Positions 23,162-35,428 of a stretch of DNA of 64,000 nt are shown here, one piece after another; the first letter of the stretch is position 1; each line of letters begins with the position of its first letter. Origin of the DNA: Lama glama (Eukaryota); the NCBI GenBank assembly GCA_028534125.1, contig CM052816.1, positions 11,162,001 through 11,226,000 on the forward strand. Reading direction: 5' to 3'. The position numbers and the translations under genes are program-made. Under the pieces are notes generated by a model. That model was not told the origin of the DNA. It did no database searches and saw nothing but the letters and a program-made list of their open reading frames with translations.

Positions 23162-26053
23162 TGTCGGCCTGGCTGCCGCCAAACTGCCCATTTCCAGGGC
23201 GCTCCTGGCCCCACGCCCGAACGGTCCACCAGAGTCCAGCCGCGCGGCGCAGCGAAGAGGCGCCTCCAAGAGCCCAGACGGGCTCCAGGGAGGGTGAGAA
23301 AATGCCAGAATGGGCCCCAGGTGACCCCCACCTCCCAACCGGCGGCTGGGGTGGAGATGGGGGAAGTAACTGTCTGCCCAGTCCAGGAGGCCTGGCGTTT
23401 CCTCCCCGCGGTGGTCCTTCTTGCCTTCGCTTGAGAAAGACAACTTGCCCCTCCCCCGCCCTCCGCCCTACCCGCCAGTCTAAGGAAGATTCCTGAATGT
23501 ATTTTAGAATAATAAATGTTCAGGACTGCACACCGGCCTTAGGAGTCAGTTCACTTCTGCTGGGCCGCAGACGCCTACAAGCCCCATTCCCCATAACGAT
23601 AGCCATCATTTTTGAGCTCCTACTATGTGCTAGGCCAGATAAAAAGTTAGCTCATGGTATCCTCACACCCTACGGAACAGGTACTGTTACGCTGTTTCAC
23701 CGAAGAAAACGAGGGTCAGGGGTTCAGCTCAAGACAACACAACTAGTTGGGGTCAGAGCCATTCACTCACTCGTTCTATTATCCATCACACAAATATTTA
23801 CTGCTGGCCTACTGTGTGCCAGGCACCGCGTCTGACTTCCCAGGCTCTTAACCACTTGGCTACTTTGTCTTCCTTCCTGAAGTTTCAGGACCTGCGTGCC
23901 CCGGGGTTAGTAGTGCCCCGCCCCCGCGTCCCCTCTGCTCCCCTCTCCTCCCCTCGTCTCTCCTCTCCTTTCCCCGCGCTAGTAAACATCGTGAATAATG
24001 CATGGGGAATCCTGGGACCGCGCCGCGCCGCCCTCCGGGTTGGGAGTGAAGCCGCGCGCCCAGCTGAGCCCACCATCCCCGGACGCCGCCACCACTCGCC
24101 GAGCTGCCTTCCGGTTTCAGGGATCCGTGTAGTCGGAGAGATCGGCCCCCGAGCCAGGGGGTGTGAGTCAGGATTAATCAGAATGTTAACGGGGTTGGGG
24201 AGGGGAGGAAGGGACCCCTCCCTACCTCGGCCTAAGAGAAAGCAGTGCCAGGTCCTGCCAGTCCTCCTTGTCTGCTTCAGAGCCAGCCCTCTTGCCCGGG
24301 ACCTGTCCTCCAACCCGGGGAGAGGATCACCCAGGTGCGGGAAGACAAGGGCGGCCCTTTCACTAACCCTTTCTGGGCCTGTCTCCTGAGCTTGAAAGTG
24401 GGAACAGCATTGCTGTTTGCCTTCTCGGGTTCTGGGGAAGATGTTTCCAGCTGGAGTAGAACGGAAAGCACTGAGTCAACCTCCTCACAACCTGATGCTT
24501 GGGGGTGCAGGCCCTGCCCTCAGATTCAAAACTCATCTCTGCCTCTTGCTTGTGGAGAGGCCAGCAGCCACCTCAGTGTTTGTCCTGCAGTTTCCTCATC
24601 TGTTAAACAGACATCACAGTTTCTCCTCCACTGATTGTTGTGAGGAATGCACTGAGAAGCGTTTGGCACAGTGCCTGGCACCTTGAAATGATGGAATAAA
24701 TGTGTCTTCCTCTCTTCTTCCTCCCTTGACTTAAAGAGAAAGCCGCCGGAAGCAGGAGCCGCCTGGGTCCTCCCCCTGGAGAGCAGTGGTTTGTCCGCAG
24801 GTGCAAACTGGTTCTTTGCTCTCCTTCATTCGTGAACACCTGCTTTGCGCCAGACTCCATGGTGATATGAATCACCATGCAGATGTGAATCAGACTGCAT
24901 CCCTGCCCTCACAGAATCACCAGTCTAAAATCTACTGCAGGAGATTGGCTGTAAACTTACACTGCAGTGAGGGGAAGCAGATCCATACACAAAGACACAG
25001 AGCAAGGCTGGTGTGATTCTTGAAACACGGAGTTCGCATCAGAAGCGTGAGCCTCAGGAGGGCTGGGTTCGGGACAGTATGGAAACACTGGGTCTATGTG
25101 ACCTTGGCTGGGCCTCAATTTACCCACAAGAGAGTGCTGGACTAGACAATTGCTAAATGCTTCCAGGTCTAGCAAAAGACTAGCATTCTGGTTCATGTAA
25201 ATGAAGCACATTTTGCGCAAGTCAGGCACTTCTCTCCAGGAGCCCTCAACACCCTAGAAGCTAAACGCAGCATTATTTTATCACTCACCAGTATTTAGGA
25301 GCACACATTCTTGTTTCCCGCCCAGTGCTAGAAGCCAAAGGGGAAAGGGTGGGGAAAGCTAGGGAGCCTGGGTCCTCCAAGGAGAAGAATCTGTAACTTT
25401 CCTGCCTTCCCCGTGCCCTGAGACTGACACTCACTCCATAACACCCTTGTTGTCTGTGAAGCTGAACCTCCAGAAATGGATGGGAAGATCCACTCACATC
25501 CATTCTTCTATGCTTTGTCCCCTCAAGAGCCTGGGAGATACTAGGCAGGGAAGAGGTCAGACAGGGGTCAGAGACAGAGCCAAACCAAGTAGCCCCTTAG
25601 GCCTCTAGTGCGACCTTTAGCTCACCAGCCCCCACTCCAGCATCCTGAGGCATTAGGATCACAAATCAAAAACCATGCTTGCATCAGGCAACCTGTGTTC
25701 CCTGGGGTTCTCCCACCCTTTCCTTCAAGAGGATTTATGAGCAGCTCTGGGAATCCAGCAGTAAGATGACACCCATCCTTAGGAACCAGTCTTTCTGAGA
25801 AAGCCCTGGAGAGGACAGACTGGAAAAGAACGTAGGCAAAGACCACTCGGAAAGCAAGTGGAAGGGGAGCCCCAGAACACAGTTGACAGCATCCTCGACA
25901 CTTTCCCAGATTCACAAACTTAAATTCTGTCAGGGGCAAGTCTGGTAAAATTAATGAGCTGGGTGTATAAAAGAGAGTACTGTTGTGACTATTGTAAACT
26001 AGAGAGAACATCTCCCCACCCTCATCCCCAAGATATTAAGTTACAGCTAAAAT

Positions 26054-26075
26054 ACACACACACACACACACACAC
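26054..26075. repeat. (AC)n microsatellite
   Basis: Read directly from the sequence. Confidence 0.9.
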
Positions 26076-26929
26076 CATGTATGACCCAAACAAAATATGT
26101 CTGAGGGTCCAAGGAAGGACACATGGGCATTCATGCCAGTGACACTAAAGAGGTTATTTTCTTCATTGTACATTCATTTCAGGATACCTACTGACAGCTG
26201 GGCCTTGTGATGGGTTCTGCAAGGAGAAAGCACATTGCTTCAGGAGCTGAGAGTCTAGTGGGGACATGGAACCACTACATACAACCTTAAGTCAGGACAC
26301 CAAGCACGATGTTTTCCAGAAGAGCTAGCCCTAAACAAATGCTGGGGTGGGGAGGCAGAGGCCTTTTTGCTGTGGGCCAGCGGTTTCCAGCTTTACTATG
26401 AGTAATCATCTGCTACCTCTTAAAATACAGCATCCTAGGACCACATACAGAGATTTGGCCACAAGGATGAAGGTCCTTTTTAATAGACAGCCCTGATTTG
26501 CATGCTGGGACCCCAAATTGAAAAGCTTGCTCTGAGTACTTGTTGTCTGTGGATGCTGATGGTGGTGGTGGTAGTGATGATTTTAAAATCCTGACCTAAT
26601 TGTGTAAGTTTCACCAAGACACAAAGAGAGACCTTTCTTTCCTCCTTTGAGTCTTTTCCATCTTTCTCTATCATGTCTTGGTAAGAAAATGATGTTTTAT
26701 GGTCTCTGATTCTTGAAGGACCCTGGGATTTCTTTGACGGTAAGTCTTACCTGTCCCTGTGTCTCCAGTACCTGTGTCTACAGGTATAGGCAACACGTAG
26801 GAGCTTAATATAGTCATTTATGTTGAATGAGTGAGTGCATGAATAATATCCTCCCCAGGACTCTAGCCTGTGATGATGGTGACACCAAGAGGAGCCATTG
26901 GTGGGGTGGTTCCTGTGTGCCAGGAAGGA

Positions 26930-27112
26930 AAACATGGATATGTGCTTTAGAAGTATTGTACACTGAATCCCCACATCAAGACTGTGAAGTTGATATTATT
27001 AGCTCCATTTGATAGATGAGAAAACTGAGGCACAGACTGAGTTGCCCAAGGCCACACAGTTAAGTGTAGTAGAGTGACAATTGGAACCCAGGTGTCTGAC
27101 TCGCAAGGCCAT
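26930..27112 (-). mobile_element. MIR SINE
   Basis: agatgagaaaactgaggcacagactgagttgcccaaggccacacag. Confidence 0.75.
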
Positions 27113-27369
27113 GATAAAGTTAACGAACATTCTAGGCTGGCACTGGCTTCCCCATCACCCAGGCCCAGGGGCTGATGGAGTGGGGTGAGCCGGCTTTCAC
27201 TTCTTTCTCAGAAGGCCTTGCTTCCAGAGGCTCGGAGTCTGGTCCCGCTCCAAGCCTGCTTCCGGCTGAGGCCACAGGGGAAGCCAGCAGCGACCCTCCC
27301 ACCTCCATCCCTGGCCAAGCTCCACCTCCCAGAGCAGGGGAGAGAGGCGAGGGGTGGAATGGGAGATGG

Positions 27370-27740
27370 CCCCGATAGACCGCCCGAACTCAAGATGCCA
27401 TAGCGGGGAGGCAGCTGGCGGGGCTGCGTGGCCAGGTGTTCGAAGCCGCCTGCCTCGCCTTCCTCTCTCTCCCTTTCTCTCGTCTCCTTTCACAAACTTC
27501 TCACATGTACCCGCCGCCTGCGCAGCTGCTGCGGACTCGCCTGTCGGCCGCTCGCCTCGCATTGTCTGCACGGGCTCCGACGATCCGAGATGCCCAGAGG
27601 GACTCCGGAGCCTAAGGCCGAGCATCCTTGAGGGACCGGCACGCGCCAGGAGCACTCCCCTTTCCCTGGGGTCCCTCGCCCCGCGGACCAAGCGCTGGCC
27701 CTCAGGCGTTTGGGCTCCACGCACGTCCCTGCCTCCTCAA
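27370..27740. promoter_or_regulatory. Small CpG island ~5 kb upstream of POU4F3
   Basis: Locally dense CpG, with E-boxes cagctg (twice) and cacatg. Confidence 0.55.
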
Positions 27741-27809
27741 GGCCTCAGTTTCCTTGAATGAAAAATGAGAGGGCCAAGCCAAGACATTCCCAAAAGCTCT
27801 TCTCCAGCA

Positions 27810-28335
27810 TGCATTCCTTCACTGAACACATTTACTAAGTGCCTACTCTGTGGTAGCCACTACATCAGGAGATAGGAATCCAACTGTAAACACAGACATC
27901 AGCCCCTCACTCCCACTTACCACCCCTCCCCCTCACCTGATGCTTCAGCAGAAGGGGAGCAATGAAAAGACAGCCTCCAGTAATGATAGCTGCCTCAGAG
28001 AAAATAAACCAGAGTGATGGAACCAAGAATGCAGGGACAGAAATGGGAGGAGCGACCTTTGAGCCAAGGCTTGAAGGAGAAAATTGAAGATACAGGGGGA
28101 TGGCAAGTGCAAAGGTCCTGAGGTGGGAGAAAGATTATGGAGGTCAGGGAAGAGCAGGAAGGCTCGAGTAGGGTGTGTGGTGGGAAAGGTGTGAACATGA
28201 AAAATGATGGTCAAAAGGAAGGTGCTGGATTTTGCAGAGGGGTTAAATTTTGCTCCAAGGAGGGCGGGGTGACCACCGGAGCATTTAAGCAGGACCAGTG
28301 ATAGGATGTGAGGTCTACTTCTGGTGGTTGTGCAG
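27810..28335 (-). mobile_element. L2 fragment
   Basis: cattccttcactgaacacatttactaagtgcctactctgtg...gcaagtgcaaaggtcctgaggtggga. Confidence 0.65.
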
Positions 28336-30289
28336 GAATTGTGTTCCATGGTCCAGAGTGAAGAGATAGCCCAAGTTATCTGGATTTAGTCCATGGCTCT
28401 GTGGAGAATTTGGATCAATGGTTTGAATTCAAGGTGCCACTGTCCAGAAGACTCTTTCTAATAACTTCCTGCCATCAGTGCTTGGCTTGTTCATACTCCC
28501 CTCTCCACGCCCAGTGTAGGTTCTTCACCTCTGAGCTCTGGACATTAGAAGATGTATTGCTGTCAGCAGCATGGCCAGCTTGTCCTCAAGAACCAATAAA
28601 CACATGGTACTATTCCTGGCACCTGAGGGCTGGTTTTGCCTTCCTCTTCTCCAGTTCAGAGGTGCCTCAGAGTTCAGTCAAAAAGTCAGTCCCTCTGTGG
28701 CCTCTTTGGTTGTCATCTCTTCCATGGCCAATGTGAGGAGGCAGCAAGGGGTGGTGGTGGACGGAGCATAGGAAGTGTGGCTTCAAACATGGATATGTAA
28801 ATAACCTGCTCTGGACGCTGGACAAGTCACTCGTGGGCTCTGGGCCTCAGTTTCCATCACAAGAGGGCTAGGGAGACAGGCTCCACAGGCCCTTTCAGTG
28901 TGGATATGTCAAGATCCTAAGTGTAGATCCTGGGAAAAGAGCAGAGACCAAATCCATCGTCATAAATGGAAACCACGTTCTGGTGGTTTTGCCATGTGCT
29001 CTGCAAACAAAGCAGGGGCCTCTGTTGCTTCGTGTATCCATCAAATGCTTGTTGAGCACCTCCTTTATGCTGGGCACATGCTAGGTCTGGACATCCAGTG
29101 ATAAGCAAGGGCCACATGTCCCTGCTTCAAGAAGCTTAGAGTCTGCCTCTGTTTAACTCAGTCTTCACCATACTCCCTGGAAGTGAGCGTTATCCCTCCT
29201 CCTTTTCTGTATAGCTAAGGAAACAGGTTCAGAGAGGTGAAGTCACTTGCCTCTCAGCACACAGCTCACTGTTTCTTGAGCTCTCCCATCCCCCTGTCTG
29301 GCTCTGCGCATTATGTTAATCCTCCCAGCCACCCTGTCTCTGAAGTCAGTACTCTTATCACCTCTATTTCACAGAGGGGAGCCCTGAGGCTCGGTCAGAG
29401 AAGCTAAGTGTGTTTCTTGAGGTCACACAGGAATCAGTGGCAAGAATAGGATTTGAATTCAGCTCTGCTGCCCAGAGACCAACTTTCCTGCACACATGAG
29501 GCAGCCTCCAGGAAAAGGGGGTGAAACTTCCTGTCGCTTCTTCGCTTCCACTTAAGCCCTGGATGCAGCAAAGAGCAGAACCATTAACCAGCCACTGCAA
29601 ATTTAAAAAAAGAAGAAGGAGAAAAAGAAAGGAAGAAAAGAAACAGAAAAAAGGAAAGCAAGTGAAGGCTTTGCTCCCGTCAGGGGGGAAATCGGCGTCG
29701 TGTCGCCTAGCTCCATGCCCTGATTTATGATAAAAAATTTAGAGGAAATCATTTATATTTTAAAGGTTCTAAATAGCTGCATGAAAGTTTTATCTAAAGT
29801 GCCACTGTATTTATAGGCAGCTCTTCCATGCTGGAGGTAATTAATAGATGTACAAATCGCAGGGCTCCCGGCTCTCCTGCCCGCAGGGCTGGATGGCGGC
29901 GCGGGCCTTGGCACTTGGGGACAGCGCAGGAAGGGGCAGCAGGGGCAAAGACACCTGCACCAAAGCCACCACCCTCCAACCCTGCATCGCCCTTTGGAGC
30001 CTCTGCTGGGACCCCTGGAGCCGATTCACATTGAACTAGTGGATGCAGCCCCAAGTCAGGCTGCAGGTCCCAGCTGTCCAACTTCTGGTCCCTTCAACAG
30101 TTGTCCAAAAACAGCTCAAAGGCAGCCCCCTTCCCTCTTTCCTGCCCTGCTTCCAGTGCCAGCTCCACTCTGGCGGGTCTATAACTCTGAGAGGTCCTGG
30201 TGAATGAAACCCTAGGCTCCCTCACTCCTCCACTCCAACTTTAGATGGACCCCCATTTCCCTCCATGTGCCCCTCACTCAAGACGCCAG

Positions 30290-30600
30290 GCACTTGTTTT
30301 GGAAAAGGAAGCCAGTTGCGAGAGGCCACCGCTCTCAGTTTACTTTAATTAAGGCTGTGAAATATTGATGGTTTTGGCTCGCTCTGTGGCCGCCACACCT
30401 TACCAGCCGGGAGAGAAGCCCAGGGATGAACAAGTTAAGGGAGGCCAGATGGTTTCCCTTCAGAAACGCCATACAAACCTCCAGAGGTGTCACCGCCTGA
30501 GATCATCAAGGAGCCCTAAATAATTGATGGGTCTTCTGAATTGGAAAAGGAAGAAACCTACCAAACTGGAAACAACAGTGATGACTCATTCAGGGCTGAA
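30290..30600. promoter_or_regulatory. Candidate distal POU4F3 enhancer with ATOH1-type E-box
   Basis: gccagatggt (30444-30453) fits RMCAKMTGKY; further E-boxes and homeodomain cores (ttaattaa, taattg); 7.8 kb upstream of the ATG. Confidence 0.5.
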
Positions 30601-33049
30601 TCTTCGGAAGTGGGGAGAGGATGTGCTTACCTGGTGAGCTGAGGGTGGAGAGGCTGGGGGACAAGGAGTAGCCACCTTGGCCCTCTTCTTTCACTTGGGT
30701 TCCTTCCAACAGAACCATGATGAGCAGCTTTCTGCCTGGAGGTAGGGCATGTAGACCCTTCCCCATCTATGCACACTCCTTTCTTTTCCTTGGGGGATCA
30801 AGGGCAGGCATTCTTTACTGAGGAGGAAGCTGTCCAGCTCACTTTTGAAAGCTCTTTAATTTTCCATGCTCTGATAATGTACCACCCCTACGTGGGTTTA
30901 AAACAAACTTATACAGTCACCTATTTACTCCAATATTCAATTTGAGCTGGAGGATAAATGTGTGTCTATGTTTTTTTTTTTTCTTTTTCTTCTTCTTTTT
31001 TTTTTTTTTTTTTTGGTTTGTCCTGTGGCCCTAAACACAGCACCACTGAAAGAGTCGCCACCCTGGGGCACTGTGGCATTTTCACCCAGTGAAATTTACA
31101 TGACTTAGACGGGGAGTGATGTGGTGGTGGTGGCAGTGGCGGAGACCTCATCTTCCAAGACCCTTGTCTTCTGTCTGGTCTAACCCATTTGGGGGCACTG
31201 GAGTAAGAGATTATTTCAGCTTTTGACATAGTTTGACCTTGCTGTTGACATATGTTAATACATTAGTCCAGAAGGGTTTTACAGATAGCTGTTTTCTCTT
31301 TACTAAAATTTATCACTTTGCAAGTAAAACAAAATACAATAAATAAACACTACACCATTCCATTTCTTCCCATGCATATTTATCCATAAGTTATTCTATT
31401 TTTCAAACAATTTTTTTTAGTATAACAAATAGGACAATGAAGGTCTGAAGGTCTCACCTTATCAGTGGGGTCAGCATCTAAGTTCTAGTAGATTAGAAAT
31501 ACACAGTGCCTAGACGCTCTTCCTGACTGCTTTTTCCACACATTTTTTTTTCTGTGAAAATGTCAGTTCATCTATTTCTTCTGCTCTTGAGTCCTACTTC
31601 CTGAGCAATGTAGAGACTTCTGCATGCACTCACAACAGAGTCTTTTAAAATTCAAAATCAGGTCTGGTGGTAAATGGAAGGATCTGGAAGTGAACGTCAG
31701 ATTCTAAAGGGCTGTAAGCCTCGCGAAATGGTAGGTGGGTACCTTGTTACATTTCATCTCACATTTATAACCTACTTACTCTCCAAAGAGCTGATTACAT
31801 ATAATGGGCCAGACTCAGGGCTATAGGAAATGACTACATCCTTTGTGAATAAGTGGTAAGTCTTCCTGATGGTCAAGCCTCTGATTACTGCTCTGAGTGG
31901 GAGGTGGCAATGGGGTAGGGAATGAGCAGAGGACTACGGGAACCAGGGAAGCCTTTTCTGAGTTGCTAAGACCCTAATGAGAAGAAGAACCAGCCATCAG
32001 ACAATCTCTGGGGGAGAGTTTCTAGGCAGAGGGAATAGTAAGTAAGCTGGGAATGAATCTGTGTGTTCAAAGACCAAGAAGGCGGCTACTGCGGCTGGAG
32101 CCAATGAGATGAGGGAGAGGGAGGGTAGATGAGTTTGGAGAGGTGAGGGGATTATATAGGACCTTATAAGCCATGGTTAGAAACCTATGGTTTATGCCAA
32201 CTGCAGTGGAAAGTTTGAAGCAGGAGAGTGATAAGTATTTTGATAAAAGTCTCATAAAAGGGGACACACCCTGGCTAGAGGCAGCTGGTAGCAGGGAGGT
32301 TTTCCAGAGAAAAGGGAAAACCGCTGCTGCTCCCTCTGCCTGGAACACTCCTCGCTGGACAGTCGCACGGCTCAATTTCACATGTCCTTCATGTGCCAGC
32401 TCACCTGTCATCGTCTCAGTGAAGCCTTCCCTGAGCACTCCGCTTAAAATTTCAACCATCTCACCCCTTCCACACTTCCTGTGCCCCTCTTTGCTTTGTC
32501 TACATAGAACTCATTATCTTACATAGTTTATGTAAGAGATTTGTATTTTAATTTTTAATTAATTTATTGCCTATTTTCAAAGAGAATATAAATGGTGAAG
32601 GCAGGAACGTGGCTTTAGTCACTTCCTTTTTCAAAAACACTTTTATTGTGGTATGATTCCTATACTGTAAACTACACATATTTCAGATGTACAGTGTGAT
32701 GAATTCTGATAGATGTACACACCCATGAAACCATCACCACAGTCAAGATAGCTTTAGTCACTTGTATATACCAAATGTCACAAACACTGCCTCAAGCTCA
32801 GTAAATATGTGTAGAATCAATGAATTAACATGAGCTGAGTTTTGACAGCACCTGATTTTTGTAGATGAAGAATGACACTGCCTGTACCATTGGTGAGGTA
32901 TGTATTTTGAAAAGGTTAGCTCCATCCGTATCCCTCATTCAGGCCCTCTTGCCTAAGGGGAGGGCACATGGCTTTTTGCGATCTAGAAACATATGAAAGG
33001 GGCAGGGCCAGTGTGGGCATCACCCTGACCTCACACTGTGCTCCCCATC

Positions 33050-33505
33050 ATTCTGCTCTAGCCCCATGGCTCTCTTTGTGTCATCATGTGAAACCCATTC
33101 CCATCTCTTTAGCTTCATGTTCCTCTGTCTAGAATTCTCTTCCCCCATGTCTTTACTTGACTAGCTCCTCCTTGTCATTCAGTTCTTAGCTCAGATGTCA
33201 CCTCCTCAGAGAGGACTTCCTTGACCTTCCCTGACCACCAATCAAAATGATTTCCATCCACCCCATCCACCCACTGGTCTCTGTCTATTCCATAACTCCT
33301 TTTTTGTTTTTCAGCCTCGCTCTCCCACTATCTGAAAATGAGTTGTTCTTTTATTTGTTTGCTTGTTTACCACTCAAGTGCTTTCCCTAGAATATAAGCT
33401 CCATGAAGGCAGACAAGGTCACCCTTGTTTTTCACAGACTCTCCAGCGCCTGGCACACAGGAAATGCTCCAAATGTGCGCTGAATGAACACATACATGAA
33501 TAAAT
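33050..33505 (+). mobile_element. L2 3' fragment
   Basis: ctcagatgtcacctcctcagagaggacttcc...ctagaatataagctccatgaaggcag...tgaatgaa. Confidence 0.75.
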
Positions 33506-33779
33506 AAGTCAGACAAGCTAAGCCTGGCCTAGAGATGCAGAGTAAGTGATTGGCATTGCCCGGGAAATCCAATTCCCAGTTCCCTCCTCCCCTTTAGACC
33601 ACGTCGCCTTCCCGATGTATGTGGGAAAAGATACCCGAAAAGATAAACAAGAGGAGCTGAAACTTTTCTAAGCGCAAACTCGAGAGGAAATGCTGAGCTC
33701 TAGCACAGGGAAGAGGAAGCCTGTCCCAGCCTTGGGAGGGCCACTGCTTCCTTTGTTCACCAGAGCCTTTGGGTCAAGA

Positions 33780-34060
33780 AAGCAGATTTCTGACATCATA
33801 AAACCGATTAGGACAAAAAAAAAACAAAAAAATTCAACACTGGCTATGACATGACTGTTCCATTGTACAATCTGATCGAGGAAATGTATCTAGGATTACC
33901 CAGACAGTCAATTATTCATGAGCTAAACGTCCAGGCATCAATTACCTGGCTTGATGCTCTTATTCATTAAGGAGATTGAACCGCCCAACTTAACAAAGCA
34001 GGAGAAAGTTGCTAAGTAACAGAGGTTACCTGACGAGCCCACAACACTGCAACCTCCGAC
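33780..34060. promoter_or_regulatory. Candidate enhancer (POU4F, SOX, RFX, SIX-like motifs)
   Basis: aattattcat at 33910, ttattcattaa at 33960, attgtacaat at 33862, gttgctaagtaac at 34008, gttacctga at 34025. Confidence 0.45.
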
Positions 34061-34819
34061 AATATGAGTCTTTTCATGGCGAGAGAGGGCCCAGGGATCA
34101 CCAGCACGAGAGATTGAGTGGTAGAGCCCACGGGGGCCAGTTTCCGCTTCGGCAAAGGGAAGGGGGTTGAGGGCAGATAGGTTGGATTTAGAGACGTCAG
34201 AAGGAATGTTTGAGATCTTAGTGAAATCACCTTTTCCAAATGAGAGCCTTATTTCCTGGGAGGAATAAGAATATTGCACAACACATATTAGTTCATATTT
34301 TGTGAAAAGTCAAAGATGCTTACCAAGTATCTAATTTAGCAAAAGTAGACTACAAGTATAACAAAAGAAGTCCCCTGGGTGCTACAAATTCTTGGATTTT
34401 CTCTTCAGGAATCCATCTGAGACTGAGTCTAAAAATCCTTGTATGAAGACAGAAATTTATAAACAGGATACATAACTTTATAGAGAGGACACAGAGCTTT
34501 ATATACCCAACATAACTTTCTCCTTATAAGAACATGTTTCACCATAGATAACAATATGGTCCCCTAGACTCCTACTTTCAGTGCTTGTCTGTATTACTTT
34601 TAAAATCAGAAAAAAAAAGATCTACATATTTCTGGATTTGAACATACAGATCATGAGGAAAGGAGTTTGTGATTTGGGCTTCTGCTCACACAGGGGTTGA
34701 TGCAGTATTATCAAAGGGTTATTTTACTTCCAAACTCATCAGATTGTAGACATTAAATTGTATGTAATTTATGGTCTATCAATCATACTTCAGTAAAGCT
34801 CCTTAAAATGAAAAGAAAA

Positions 34820-35187
34820 GATTTCATACTAAATGAAGTAAGTCAGACAGAGAAAGGCAAATATCATATGATACCACTTACATGTGGAATCTAAAAAAGA
34901 TGACAAAAATAAACTTGTTTACAAAACAGAAGCAGACTCACAGACATAGAAAACAAACTTATGGTTACCAAAGGGGAGGGGGGGAGTGGGATAAATTAGG
35001 AGTTTGGGATTAGCAGATATAAACTACTTATATACAACAAGGTCCTACTGTACAGCACAGGGAACTACATTCATTAGCTTGCAATAACTTATAATGGAAA
35101 AGAATAAATATATGTATGACTGAATCACTATGTTGTACACCAGAGACCAACACAATATTATAAATCAATACAGTTCAATTAAAAACA
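34820..35187 (+). mobile_element. L1 3' end (artiodactyl type)
   Basis: catactaaatgaagtaagtcagacagagaaaggcaaatatcatatgata...ataaatcaatacagttcaattaaaaa. Confidence 0.85.
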
Positions 35188-35244
35188 AGAGTTAGGATGC
35201 TCCCCACCCGAAACGTACTGTTAGGGGACCCCCTGTGGTAGAAG

Positions 35245-35428
35245 CAGGACCAGTTCCATAATTCGCAGGGCCCAGTGCAAAATAAAAGTATGCATTGCCT
35301 TGCTCCAAAATTATTAAGAATTTCAACATGGCTATAGCAGAGCATTAATCCAAGCCTGGGCAGGGCCCTCCCAGCACGGGGCCTTGTACACCTGTGCAGG
35401 TTACATGCCCTTGAAGTGGACCCCGGGC
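35245..35428 (-). mobile_element. hAT DNA transposon, MER45A-like
   Basis: caggaccagttccataattcgcagggcccagtgcaaaataaaa...attattaagaatttcaa...agcagagcattaa. Confidence 0.75.

Larger units (their letters stand above)
20380..24350. promoter_or_regulatory. CpG island / CpG-rich domain over POU4F3 gene and promoter
   Basis: High GC and dense CpG by eye compared with the flanks. Confidence 0.85.

Noticed and set aside
22478..23496. Long ORFs (201, 298 and 203 aa) across the POU4F3 promoter
   Set aside because: GC-rich, low-complexity, run through a microsatellite and contain no recognisable domain; expected from stop-codon scarcity.
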